NCBI GenBank assembly: GCA_963825135.1
Contig: CAWGRW010000009.1
Location: 1,408,001-1,472,000 of the forward strand
Direction: 5' to 3'
Origin: an uncultured bacterium
GTDB taxonomy: Bacteria > Desulfobacterota_D > UBA1144 > Nemesobacterales > UBA2774
DNA length: 64,000 bases
Part shown: positions 41,914 through 50,830 of the stretch, piece after piece
Layout: every line of letters begins with the position of its first letter
Numbering within the stretch: position 1 is the stretch's first letter
Program-made: the position numbers and the translations under genes
The notes under the pieces: generated by a model
What the model was told of the DNA's origin: nothing
Database searches by the model: none
Seen by the model: only the letters and a program-made list of their open reading frames with translations

Positions 41914-41931
41914 TTAATGACATCAATTCCG

Positions 41932-41968
41932 GAGCGGCGGGATCGCAATATCCCGCCGCTCTTTCTCT
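41932..41968 (+). terminator. Intrinsic terminator after amtB
   Basis: 12-bp stem GAGCGGCGGGAT/ATCCCGCCGCTC followed by TTTCTCT. Confidence 0.75.
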
Positions 41969-42115
41969 CCTGAAGTAAATATCTATGGTCCCTCAATATC
42001 GGTCTTCCCCGATAGCAGGTTCGCGATTCCTCAGTTAGGTGTCTGAACAGGTCTAAAGCCGCGTGCAGAGACTTCGATGCTTGATTTATCGCGGAGGAGC
42101 GCATAGATTCTAAGC

Positions 42116-42541
42116 ATGATACGAATCACGCCTCGTATAGCAGTTGATGAGAGAGAATTAACACTCTCATTCGTCCGCTCTTCCGGCCCGGGCGGGCAGA
42201 ACGTCAACAAAGTCGCGACGGCGGTAGAGCTCAGGTTCGACGCTGCAAACTCGCCGAGTCTTCCTCCCGAAGTCAGAAATCGGCTGATCAGGATTGCCGG
42301 AAGGAGAGCCACGAACGAGGGAGTCCTGATAATTGAAGCCCGCAGATTCAGGACTCAGGAGAAGAACCGCAGGGACGCATACGAGCGTTTTACGGAATTG
42401 TTAAAGAAAGCGGCGGCCGAGCCCGTAAAGAGGCGCAAGACCAAACCTACCGCTCAATCGAAGAAAAAAAGAATCAGCGGGAAAAAGCTCCGCGGTCGGG
42501 TCAAGGAATTGAGAAAATCCGTGAGCACCGCTACGGATTAA
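42116..42541 (+). CDS. arfB: Alternative ribosome rescue factor, peptidyl-tRNA hydrolase
   Basis: SSGPGGQNVNKV, RTQEKNR and a basic C-terminal tail. Confidence 0.94.
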   Translation: MIRITPRIAVDERELTLSFVRSSGPGGQNVNKVATAVELRFDAANSPSLPPEVRNRLIRIAGRRATNEGVLIIEARRFRTQEKNRRDAYERFTELLKKAAAEPVKRRKTKPTAQSKKKRISGKKLRGRVKELRKSVSTATD

Positions 42542-42586
42542 TCCTCTTCCGGACGGAAAACCTTATGATATTATCATAGAAATTCG

Positions 42587-42708
42587 CGGCCTCTTCGTTA
42601 CACTGAACACCAAGACGCAAAGTGAGGTATGTTATTAACGGAGATTGATTTTAATAAGCCGATAGGAGTGTTCTGAAAGAACCATTCGGATAACCCGGAG
42701 CAAGGCTG
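42587..42708 (+). ncRNA. Candidate structured RNA of unknown class
   Basis: Nested stems CGGCCT-CTTCG/CGGAG-CA-AGGCTG, GAACAC/GTGTTC and TTATTAA/TTAATAA, directly downstream of a -10-like palindrome. Confidence 0.35.
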
Positions 42709-42770
42709 ACATCCTTTGAATTTGATTAGGTCTATAATCCCGTTAGAATACACGCTGACCGAGATTCGAT

Positions 42771-42992
42771 ATGAGCGCCGAAAATACTGATCAGAAAAAA
42801 TGCAGATGCGGGCATACGAGGAACCACCCGTGGATTGTGCCCAAGCCGAGTTATACAACCTGGGGATGGATCCTCGTCGGCTTCGGCATCAGCCATCCTC
42901 CGGTCGCCGTAAACTTCGTATGTGACAAATGCGGCGAGGTATTCGAAAGGATTACGGACCGCGAATCGCTTAAACAGCATACTTACCGTTAA
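42771..42992 (+). CDS. Small putative zinc-ribbon membrane-associated protein
   Basis: CRCGH ... hydrophobic WGWILVGFGI ... CDKCG. Confidence 0.7.
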   Translation: MSAENTDQKKCRCGHTRNHPWIVPKPSYTTWGWILVGFGISHPPVAVNFVCDKCGEVFERITDRESLKQHTYR

Positions 42993-43092
42993 TTTTAGTG
43001 GAACCCGTTCAGGCGCGCATGGCGATTCACGCCCGGGCGGCAATAAGGCGGCCGTTTCATCTCACCCGGGCCATACGCCGCAGCGGTCTAAT

Positions 43093-44026
43093 ATGAATAA
43101 ACCATCATCGGGCCGGTTGGCTCTTAGTTGCTTGTTATCTCTCGCGGTTTCGCTCCTTGCGGCCGTGTTTTTGTTCCCGTCGAGCGGGTCCTGCTCCGTC
43201 GCGGTCCCTCCCGGGGAGCTCGAGAAGATCGGGGCGCTCGTTTACAGGAACGAGTGCGGAGGGAAAGTGGAAAACCTCACCGCCTGGAACGAAGGAGAGG
43301 AGTTCGCTTCTCTCGGCATAGGTCATTTTCTCTGGTATCCGGAGGGAAAGGAGTACCCGTTCCACGAATCGTTCCCCTCTCTGTTCGAATTCATAAAATC
43401 CAAGGGCGCTCCGGTCCCGGAATGGATGAACGAGCTCCCTGTGTTCGACCTGCCCGTGGAATTCACGCAGTGAGTTTTATAACGACTTCGATTCTCCCAG
43501 AATGGTCTCCCTCAGGAAATTAATGGTCGACACAATAGCGCTTCAGACCCTTTTCATCGTTGACCGTATGGAAAAAAGCCTTCCGGAGATACTGAAGGCG
43601 GCCCCTGCCGGGTCCCGGAGCAATATCGGAAAACAATTCTACCGCGTCGCGGACTCGACGATGGGAATGTACGTGCTGGTTGATTATGTGAATTTCAAGG
43701 GGGAAGGGGTTTCGCCCAAAGAGCGTTACAAAGGGGAGGGCTGGGGCCTTCTCCAGGTGCTCGAAAATATGCGCGGAGATGAAAAGGGACCCGAGGCCCT
43801 CCGCGAGTTCGCCCGCTCCGCCGAGGCCGTGCTTGAGAGGAGGGTGCGGAACTCCCCGCCGTCGAGGAACGAGAAAAAATTCCTGCCCGGATGGAGGAAC
43901 AGGATCAGGACGTATGGGCCTGAGAATATCGATTCATACGAGGGCAGCCTTCGATACGAAGAGGAAGTACCGCCCGTTCAATATGCAGCCGGAATGTACG
44001 GGGAGCTTTTTTGCGGGTCGAATTAA
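43093..44026 (+). CDS. Exported hypothetical protein, one apparent +1 frameshift near 43455
   Basis: Signal peptide, then NECGG...WNEGEEFASLGIGHFLW. Removing one C from CCC gives LPWNSRSEF, in frame with the 43502-44026 ORF (DYVNFKGEG...WGLLQVL). Confidence 0.75.
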
Positions 44027-44042
44027 TCCCTGAGCCCGTAGG

Positions 44043-44066
44043 CCCGCGCCCGCGGGGTTATTTTTT
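44043..44066 (+). terminator. Possible intrinsic terminator
   Basis: CCCGC-GCCC-GCGGG followed by GTTATTTTTT. Confidence 0.45.
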
Positions 44067-44153
44067 CCCGGACGATGCGCTATAATTTATTCTCACAAAT
44101 TTGAAGCCGGTATTTTCTATTCGTGAATACCGTTCTTGATACGGGGATCATAC

Positions 44154-44573
44154 ATGCGGACTTTGGCGCTTGATGTAGGCACGAAGACGATAGGCGTCGC
44201 GGTAAGCGACGAGCTCGGTATAACGGCGAACGGTGTTGCCACGATAAGGAGAAAAGATATCGAGTACGATAAAGCCGAGCTCGGCAGGATAATCGAACGG
44301 TATACCCCTTCCGAGCTCCTGGTCGGCATACCTTACAGGAGCGACGGGAGCGTGGGGAAGAGGGGTGAGGATATAATGAGGTTCGCGGAGATACTAAAGA
44401 AGACCTTCGATCTGCCGGTACTTTACTGGGACGAGAGTTTCTCCACCTCGGACGCCGAGCGGTTTCTTATTGATGCGGATGTCGGGCGCAAGAGGAGAAA
44501 GCAGGTTATAGACAAAATGGCCGCCGTATATATACTAGCCGAATACCTCGAGTCGAAGAGGCCTGTAAAGTAA
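44154..44573 (+). CDS. yqgF: YqgF/RuvX pre-16S rRNA nuclease
   Basis: ALDVGTKTIGVAVSD, WDESFST and IDKMAA motifs. Confidence 0.93.
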   Translation: MRTLALDVGTKTIGVAVSDELGITANGVATIRRKDIEYDKAELGRIIERYTPSELLVGIPYRSDGSVGKRGEDIMRFAEILKKTFDLPVLYWDESFSTSDAERFLIDADVGRKRRKQVIDKMAAVYILAEYLESKRPVK

Positions 44574-44590
44574 GGAAGATACTGGAAACG

Positions 44591-45382
44591 ATGCCATACT
44601 CAAGCGCTAACGGTATGAATATTTATTACGAGGTCTACGGCGAAGGGTTCCCTCTTCTCCTCATCGGCGGTCTCGGCAGCCAGATCGGGAGCTGGGCGAC
44701 GCAGGTGCCTATCTATTCGAAGCACTTCAGGGTGGTCGTCTTCGATAACAGGGGGGCCGGGAGGTCTCAGAAGCCCGAGCCTGGTTACGGTACGGAAGAC
44801 ATGGCCGACGACGCGGCCGCGCTTATGGCCGCGCTCGACATTGAGGCCGCGCACATAGTCGGGAAATCCATGGGCGGCATGATAGGTCAGTGGCTCGCCA
44901 TAAAGTACCCGGAAAAGGTTTCAAAACTCGTGATGGGTTGTTCTTCCGCATCGAGAGACGAGGTAGGCAACCTGATACTGCGCACAGGCCGGGAGATTGC
45001 GTCCAAGGTAGGGATGAAAGCCGTCTGGATCATGGCGCTTTACCTGGGGTATACGAGGGAATATATAGAGAAAAATATCGGGTCTCTCAACGGCGTACTG
45101 AACGCCATTCCGGAGGACGCGGACGCGCTCAGGGGTTATATCGGCCAGAGCTACGCTGTGGAAGGGCATGATACCACCGATTTGCTGAACAGGATAAAGG
45201 CACCCACACTCGTAATGATGGGCGAATCCGACATGACCACCGCACCCAGGCGCACGCGGGAGCTCGCCGCACTGATACCAAACTCGAAATTAAAGGCTTT
45301 TGAAGGCGTGGGCCACGGTTTCTGGAGGGAGAGACAGGATGAAGCCGACGGTCTCGTCCTCGATTTCCTGCTCAACAATTAA
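44591..45382 (+). CDS. Alpha/beta hydrolase (enol-lactonase-like)
   Basis: FDNRGAGRS, GKSMGG and GHG motifs. Confidence 0.88.
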   Translation: MPYSSANGMNIYYEVYGEGFPLLLIGGLGSQIGSWATQVPIYSKHFRVVVFDNRGAGRSQKPEPGYGTEDMADDAAALMAALDIEAAHIVGKSMGGMIGQWLAIKYPEKVSKLVMGCSSASRDEVGNLILRTGREIASKVGMKAVWIMALYLGYTREYIEKNIGSLNGVLNAIPEDADALRGYIGQSYAVEGHDTTDLLNRIKAPTLVMMGESDMTTAPRRTRELAALIPNSKLKAFEGVGHGFWRERQDEADGLVLDFLLNN

Positions 45383-45383
45383 T

Positions 45384-46085
45384 TCAATTCAGGTTTCTCT
45401 TCTCGATTATTTCATTCCTTCTTCTGGAAGTGACGGAAATGATATCGAGCCTCGTCTCGAGGTCTTTAATGATCGCCCCCGCCCTCTTCTCTACGCTAGG
45501 TTCCTCGAGGAACGATTGTTTGTCGAATACGTTTGACAAAGTGAGGGTCGCAAGCGCGTCAGTCAGGCTTTCGAGCGGGAGTTTCGTATTAATGTTTATT
45601 CTGTGAGACTTCCGCTTCTCGTCGAGTCCGAAATTCCATCTTGTTACGAGGTCTTCGATCTTTTGCCTGTAAGTCTCTTCGTTCGGGCAGCGGGCGCTCT
45701 CGACGATCTCCACGCGGGCGAGTCTGTAGGGGCTCTGTTTCGCTATCTCCAGGATTCTTACCCTTTTCAGACCGTAGAGCACTATGTTGATTCTCCCGTC
45801 GTCAAAGGCCTCCGAGCTCACTATTCTTCCCATCCCCACCACGTCAAATACTTCGGGGTTCCCATAGTAGTTTGCCTCCCAGCCCGGCTTGAGGAGGGCC
45901 ATGCCAATAATCCTTTCCGACTTACTTGCGTCGCTGACCATCTGCCTGTATCTGGGCTCGAATACGTGGAGCGGCAGGAGCGTGTTGGGGAAGAATACGA
46001 CCGTGGACAATGGGAAGAGCGGGATCATTCCCGAAAAATTCTTGAGGTTGCATACGTCTTTCAGGTCGAGTGGGGATAAGTCCAT
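45384..46085 (-). CDS. LON peptidase substrate-binding domain protein
   Basis: IPLFPL..VVFFP...LPLHVFEPRYRQMV, DGR; no ATPase domain. Confidence 0.9.
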   Translation of the reverse strand: MDLSPLDLKDVCNLKNFSGMIPLFPLSTVVFFPNTLLPLHVFEPRYRQMVSDASKSERIIGMALLKPGWEANYYGNPEVFDVVGMGRIVSSEAFDDGRINIVLYGLKRVRILEIAKQSPYRLARVEIVESARCPNEETYRQKIEDLVTRWNFGLDEKRKSHRININTKLPLESLTDALATLTLSNVFDKQSFLEEPSVEKRAGAIIKDLETRLDIISVTSRRRNEIIEKRNLN

Positions 46086-46282
46086 GGTAGCTTTATTCCG
46101 GGCTCATAATTATCATTCGTTACTTAGTATAGCATAATAGTCCCGATTGTTTACCGCTTATTCGCCGGGGTCCGGGGGTTACAGGTAAGCGTGAAAAGAT
46201 ACAGGCCGCTGATTGAATCCATCTATACAATGGATATATCTAATAACGTGTATCGTGCATTTCATATCAGGAGGTCTGCTAT

Positions 46283-46606
46283 ATGGGCAAAATAGTTCAC
46301 ATTACCGATGACAGCTTCGAGGAAGAGGTGCTTAAGTCCGAGCTGCCGGTGCTCGTCGACTTCTGGGCCGAGTGGTGCGGGCCGTGCAGGGCCCTTGGTC
46401 CGACCCTCGAAGAGATAGCGGCCGATTACGAGGGCAGGGTGAAAATTGCCAAGCTCAACGTTGACGAAAATCCCGGAAACACTCGCGCCTTCGGAATAAG
46501 CGGCATCCCCACGATGATACTGTTCAAGGGGGGTAACCCCGGCGGCCGCATTACGGGCGCGCTTCCGAAGAAGCATATCACTCAAGTGATCGAATCCGAG
46601 CTTTAG
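46283..46606 (+). CDS. trxA: Thioredoxin
   Basis: VDFWAEWCGPC and GIPT motifs; AGGAGG SD. Confidence 0.96.
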   Translation: MGKIVHITDDSFEEEVLKSELPVLVDFWAEWCGPCRALGPTLEEIAADYEGRVKIAKLNVDENPGNTRAFGISGIPTMILFKGGNPGGRITGALPKKHITQVIESEL

Positions 46607-46880
46607 GTGATGCTAATCAGGCGGCATCATTTATGAAATAACGATTTCAAGAACCGGCTCCGGCGGCGGATGAGCATAGGGCCGCCTCGCCTTCTCTCGA
46701 TAGCGGTTCTACCGAAAAAGATCCTCTCCCTCACATGGACCCGTCATCGTTTTTACAGGTAATATCCGGGCGGTATAATATAATCCCCGGTCATTCTGTA
46801 TGAGCGTTATCCCGCTTCGAAGACGGTCCGCCCGGTCACCCCGGTTTGAACCGTATTTACCGTTCGGTTAGAATTTCGAA

Positions 46881-47438
46881 ATGGCTAAGAAAAGGATAAC
46901 CAAGGTTTACACCAAAACCGGGGACGAAGGGCTTACCTCTCTAGTGGGCGGGATGAGGGTGAGCAAGGCATCCCCGAGGGTGGACGCCTACGGGGACGTG
47001 GACGAGCTTAATGCGGTGCTCGGGCTTGCCCGTGCGGCCGTGCTTAACGAAAAGCTCGCGGGAATACTGGAGTCCGTACAGAAGGACCTCTTCATTGTGG
47101 GGGCGGAGCTCGCAAGCCCTCCCGGTCTCGAGGTGCCGAGGATAGGGGAGGACAGGATAAAAGCACTTGAGTCGGCTATTGACGGCCTGCTTCTGGAGCT
47201 CGAACCCCTGAGGGAATTTATCCTTCCCGGCGGTAAGCCCGGCGGCGCGTATCTCCACTTCGCGAGAACAGTCGCGAGAAGGGCGGAGAGGAAGATCGTC
47301 AAGCTCATGGAGGACGACGAGGTAGGAAAAAACGTTCTCATCTATATCAACAGACTCTCTGATCTGCTCTTTGTAATGGCGAGGATAGAAAACCGGGACG
47401 GTGAATTCAGCGAAACTTACGCAGAGTTCAGGCGATAA
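46881..47438 (+). CDS. PduO-type cob(I)alamin adenosyltransferase
   Basis: VYTKTGDEG.TSL, YGDVDELN, FILPGG, RRAER and NRLSDLLF motifs. Confidence 0.93.
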   Translation: MAKKRITKVYTKTGDEGLTSLVGGMRVSKASPRVDAYGDVDELNAVLGLARAAVLNEKLAGILESVQKDLFIVGAELASPPGLEVPRIGEDRIKALESAIDGLLLELEPLREFILPGGKPGGAYLHFARTVARRAERKIVKLMEDDEVGKNVLIYINRLSDLLFVMARIENRDGEFSETYAEFRR

Positions 47439-48088
47439 TGAAACAGTCACCTCATTCGGGAAATTACATAGTCAACCCGGAAATCGAAGCGTATATTGAG
47501 GGCCTGACCCCTTCGGAGGATAAGGTCCTGATTGATATGGAGGAACGCGCCCGCCTGGACGATTTCCCAATAGTGGGACCCGTGGTCGGACGGCTGCTAT
47601 ACCAGCTCGCGTTAATCGGCAACGCCAAGACCGTGCTGGAGTTAGGCTCAGGCTTCGGTTATTCGGCGTATTGGTTCGCAAAAGCCGTAGGCGAAGCGGG
47701 CTCCGTCATATACACCGACATGTCCCATGAGAACGCCCTACATGCGGAAGGATTCCTCGACAGGGCGGGATTACGGGGGAGGGTGGATATACGCACGGGG
47801 GACGCTCTACGGATTCTGGATGAGTCCCGGGGCGGATTCGATATTATTTTCAACGATATCGATAAGGAAGATTACCCGCGCGTGGTCGCAGTCGCCTATG
47901 AAAAATTAAGGAGAGGCGGGTTGCTGATAACGGACAACGTCCTCTGGTCGGGCAGGGTGCTTAGGGACGACGGTCAGTCCGGCACCGAAGGAGTCAGGGA
48001 ATTCACGCGGCTCCTGCTTTCCAATAAGGGCTTCTTTACGACTATAATCCCCGTGAGGGACGGGGTCTCGGTAAGCGTGAAATTATAA
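47438..48088 (+). CDS. Cation-dependent O-methyltransferase (caffeoyl-CoA OMT-like)
   Basis: LELGSGFGYS, DIDK and DNVLWSG motifs. Confidence 0.88.
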   Translation: MKQSPHSGNYIVNPEIEAYIEGLTPSEDKVLIDMEERARLDDFPIVGPVVGRLLYQLALIGNAKTVLELGSGFGYSAYWFAKAVGEAGSVIYTDMSHENALHAEGFLDRAGLRGRVDIRTGDALRILDESRGGFDIIFNDIDKEDYPRVVAVAYEKLRRGGLLITDNVLWSGRVLRDDGQSGTEGVREFTRLLLSNKGFFTTIIPVRDGVSVSVKL

Positions 48089-48139
48089 CCATCCTCAAAT
48101 GATCAAATACAGATGCAATACGGAGACGGAGAGGACTGC

Positions 48140-50788
48140 ATGAGCAAAGCGTCGAAGATTATTCTTGATAAGGGTGATTTGTTCCGGACCCTCAAGGACA
48201 GGCTCTCGCGAAAGAACACTGAGCTCATGGCGTACCATCAAAGCCAGGCGAAACAAAATAAGGCTCTGTCAGGGAGCATACTGGCGAAAAAAAGGTCCGA
48301 GATCGTGGACAAGCTGATTAAACAGGCCCTGTCTCAGCAGGGGTTCAACGACTTGAAGAACGTTTGCGTTGTCGCGCTGGGAGGCTACGGAAGAAACGAG
48401 CTCTGTCCTTATTCCGACGTGGACATCATGTTCCTATATAAACCCCGCAATAAGACCCTGGCGAAGGAAGCGACCGAGCGGCTCCTATACCTTCTCTGGG
48501 ACCTCGGCCTCGACGTCGGCCACTCGGTCAGAACGATTGACGAGTGCATTGAGCTCTCTCAGGAAGAAGATACGACGATACTTACTTCCATTCTCGACAG
48601 CAGGTTCGTGTCGGGGGACGAACAGCTCTACGTAGAGCTGGATAAAAAACTTTACTTCAATCTCCTCCCCACTATTTCAAACAAGTTTATCCAGAGCAAG
48701 ATAAAGGAGAACGAGGAGAGGGTCAACAGGTTCGGGAGGTCTGTGTATCTTCTCGAGCCGAACGTGAAAGAAGGGGAAGGCGGACTTAGGGATATCCACT
48801 ACGCTCTGTGGATCGCCCAGGCCAGGTTTAAGGTCAAGTACTTCTCGGATCTCCTCCCCAAGGGGATATTGATGGAGAACGAGATCAGGATATTCGAGAA
48901 GAGTCTCAATTTCCTCCTCCTCATAAGGTCCGAGCTCCATTACCTCGCGGGCAGGAGAGAGGACAGGCTCGGGTTCGAGTTCCAGGAGAAGGTCGCCAGG
49001 TTTCTGGGCTTCAAGGACGGCGAGCTTCCGGCCGTGGAAAGGTTCATGAGGATCTACTATCTCCGCGGAAACGAGTTGAGGGAGCAATCGAAAAGACTGA
49101 TAGAAAAGTGCCTGGTCGGACACAAGTCCGTCTTCCGCAGCGCTAAAGCGGTGGCTCTCGACAACGGATTCATAATACAGGGCGGGATGCTCTCGGTCGC
49201 CCATATCAACATTTTCAAGGATAACCCGGCAAACCTGATGAGGGCTTTCGAGTACTCCGACAAGTATCAGGTGAAGATGAGCAATTACCTTCTCGACCTG
49301 ATCAGGGAAAACGTGAGCGTCTCGACCATGGACGAGAGCCTGAGGGCGAACCCCGAGCTTAACGCGTCTTTCCTGAGATTGCTAAAGAAGGGGAAGAACG
49401 TTGCGGATACGCTTTTCGAAATGAACCGGCTCCGTTTTCTCGGACACTACATCCCGGAATTCGGAAAGATCGTCTGCATGGTTCAGCATGACGCCTACCA
49501 TGTCTATACAGTCGATGTCCATTCGATATTCATGGTGAGGGAAATAGAGAACCTGCTCAGCTACAAGTATGAAAAAGAACTTGCGCTTCTCACTAAAACT
49601 GCCGAATCCCTTGTCAGCAGGCACGTCCTCTACCTTGCGTGTCTCTTTCACGATATGGGCAAGGGGGAGGGAAAAGACCATGCGGAAAAAGGGGCGGCCA
49701 TGATACCGAGGATCGCTAAAAGGATGGGGCTCTCCGCGACCGAGGCGCAGCAGCTTGAATTCCTCGTGAAGAACCACCTCCTTATGTCTCATTTCTCACA
49801 GAGGAGGGACATACACGACTACAGTCTCATCGTGAGGTTCGCGAAGGCTGTGAGGACCCTCGATACCCTTTCGCTGATCTACCTTCTGACTTTCGCGGAC
49901 ATCAAATCCGTCGGGCCCGACGTGTGGACCAACTGGAAGGGGATGCTCCTGAGAGAGCTCTTCATAAGGACTGCGAAGGTTCTCGAAAGGGGAAGCTTTA
50001 AAAGCGAGGACAGGCTTGCGAGGCAGAAGAGGGTGATCGATGAAGTTATAAAAATACTGGGAAACAAGGTTACGAAAAAGTACGTAACGGCCGTCCTCGA
50101 AGCTATGCCGGAATCGTACTTCCTCGGTTTTTCGCCGAGAAAGATTGCATATCATGTCGGTCTCATCAAGAATTCGAGAGACGCCGTGGGTATGGATGTG
50201 CTCTTTTATCCTCATGAGGAATACAACGAGTTTACGTTCTGGGGGTTCGACGAGCCTGGTATATTTTCAAAGCTCTGCGGAGTTATCAGGGCCTCGGGTC
50301 TAAATGTCCTCGGAGCGCGAATCACGACCAGGACCGACGGCAGGATCCTCGACGTTTTCTATGTGAACAAACTCGGCCAGTCCGTGAAAGAAGGGGAAGA
50401 GGTGTGGGACAAGCTGAAAGAAAATATGGACCAGGTGCTTACGGGCAAGAAAGACGTGGAAGTGCTCGTCGCCAAGAGGAGACAGGGGATGTCTCTGTAC
50501 AGCAAGGCGATACCGCAGTACCCGACGAGGGTCCTGGTCGACAACGAGTCATCCGATGCGGCCACTGTGATAGACGTAATCACGTATGACCGCGCCGGCT
50601 TGCTGTACGACATTACAAAGACCATGAAGGACCTCGGTCTTTCAATCGAATACGCGAAGGTCTCCACAAAGGTCGATCAGGTGGTCGACGCTTTTTACGT
50701 GGTGGATATGAACCATAAAAAAATAACGGATCCGGACAAAATCGAAGAGATAAAGGCTGCTTTACTTGAATCGATAACTTCCGGATAG
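48140..50788 (+). CDS. glnD: [Protein-PII] uridylyltransferase
   Basis: ALGGYGR..L.PYSDVD, KEGEGGLRD, HVYTVDVH, HDMGKG, and two C-terminal ACT domains. Confidence 0.95.
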   Translation: MSKASKIILDKGDLFRTLKDRLSRKNTELMAYHQSQAKQNKALSGSILAKKRSEIVDKLIKQALSQQGFNDLKNVCVVALGGYGRNELCPYSDVDIMFLYKPRNKTLAKEATERLLYLLWDLGLDVGHSVRTIDECIELSQEEDTTILTSILDSRFVSGDEQLYVELDKKLYFNLLPTISNKFIQSKIKENEERVNRFGRSVYLLEPNVKEGEGGLRDIHYALWIAQARFKVKYFSDLLPKGILMENEIRIFEKSLNFLLLIRSELHYLAGRREDRLGFEFQEKVARFLGFKDGELPAVERFMRIYYLRGNELREQSKRLIEKCLVGHKSVFRSAKAVALDNGFIIQGGMLSVAHINIFKDNPANLMRAFEYSDKYQVKMSNYLLDLIRENVSVSTMDESLRANPELNASFLRLLKKGKNVADTLFEMNRLRFLGHYIPEFGKIVCMVQHDAYHVYTVDVHSIFMVREIENLLSYKYEKELALLTKTAESLVSRHVLYLACLFHDMGKGEGKDHAEKGAAMIPRIAKRMGLSATEAQQLEFLVKNHLLMSHFSQRRDIHDYSLIVRFAKAVRTLDTLSLIYLLTFADIKSVGPDVWTNWKGMLLRELFIRTAKVLERGSFKSEDRLARQKRVIDEVIKILGNKVTKKYVTAVLEAMPESYFLGFSPRKIAYHVGLIKNSRDAVGMDVLFYPHEEYNEFTFWGFDEPGIFSKLCGVIRASGLNVLGARITTRTDGRILDVFYVNKLGQSVKEGEEVWDKLKENMDQVLTGKKDVEVLVAKRRQGMSLYSKAIPQYPTRVLVDNESSDAATVIDVITYDRAGLLYDITKTMKDLGLSIEYAKVSTKVDQVVDAFYVVDMNHKKITDPDKIEEIKAALLESITSG

Positions 50789-50830
50789 GGTCCATTTCAT
50801 AATTTATTTCAACGGACATAAGAGACGTAT

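Noticed and set aside
42612..42622. GACGCAAAG as part of a second GEMM riboswitch
   Set aside because: The upstream GGCAAACC/GAAA stem and the downstream consensus are missing
46607..46880. Cobalamin riboswitch upstream of the PduO-type gene
   Set aside because: B12-box and GGGAA core motifs are absent
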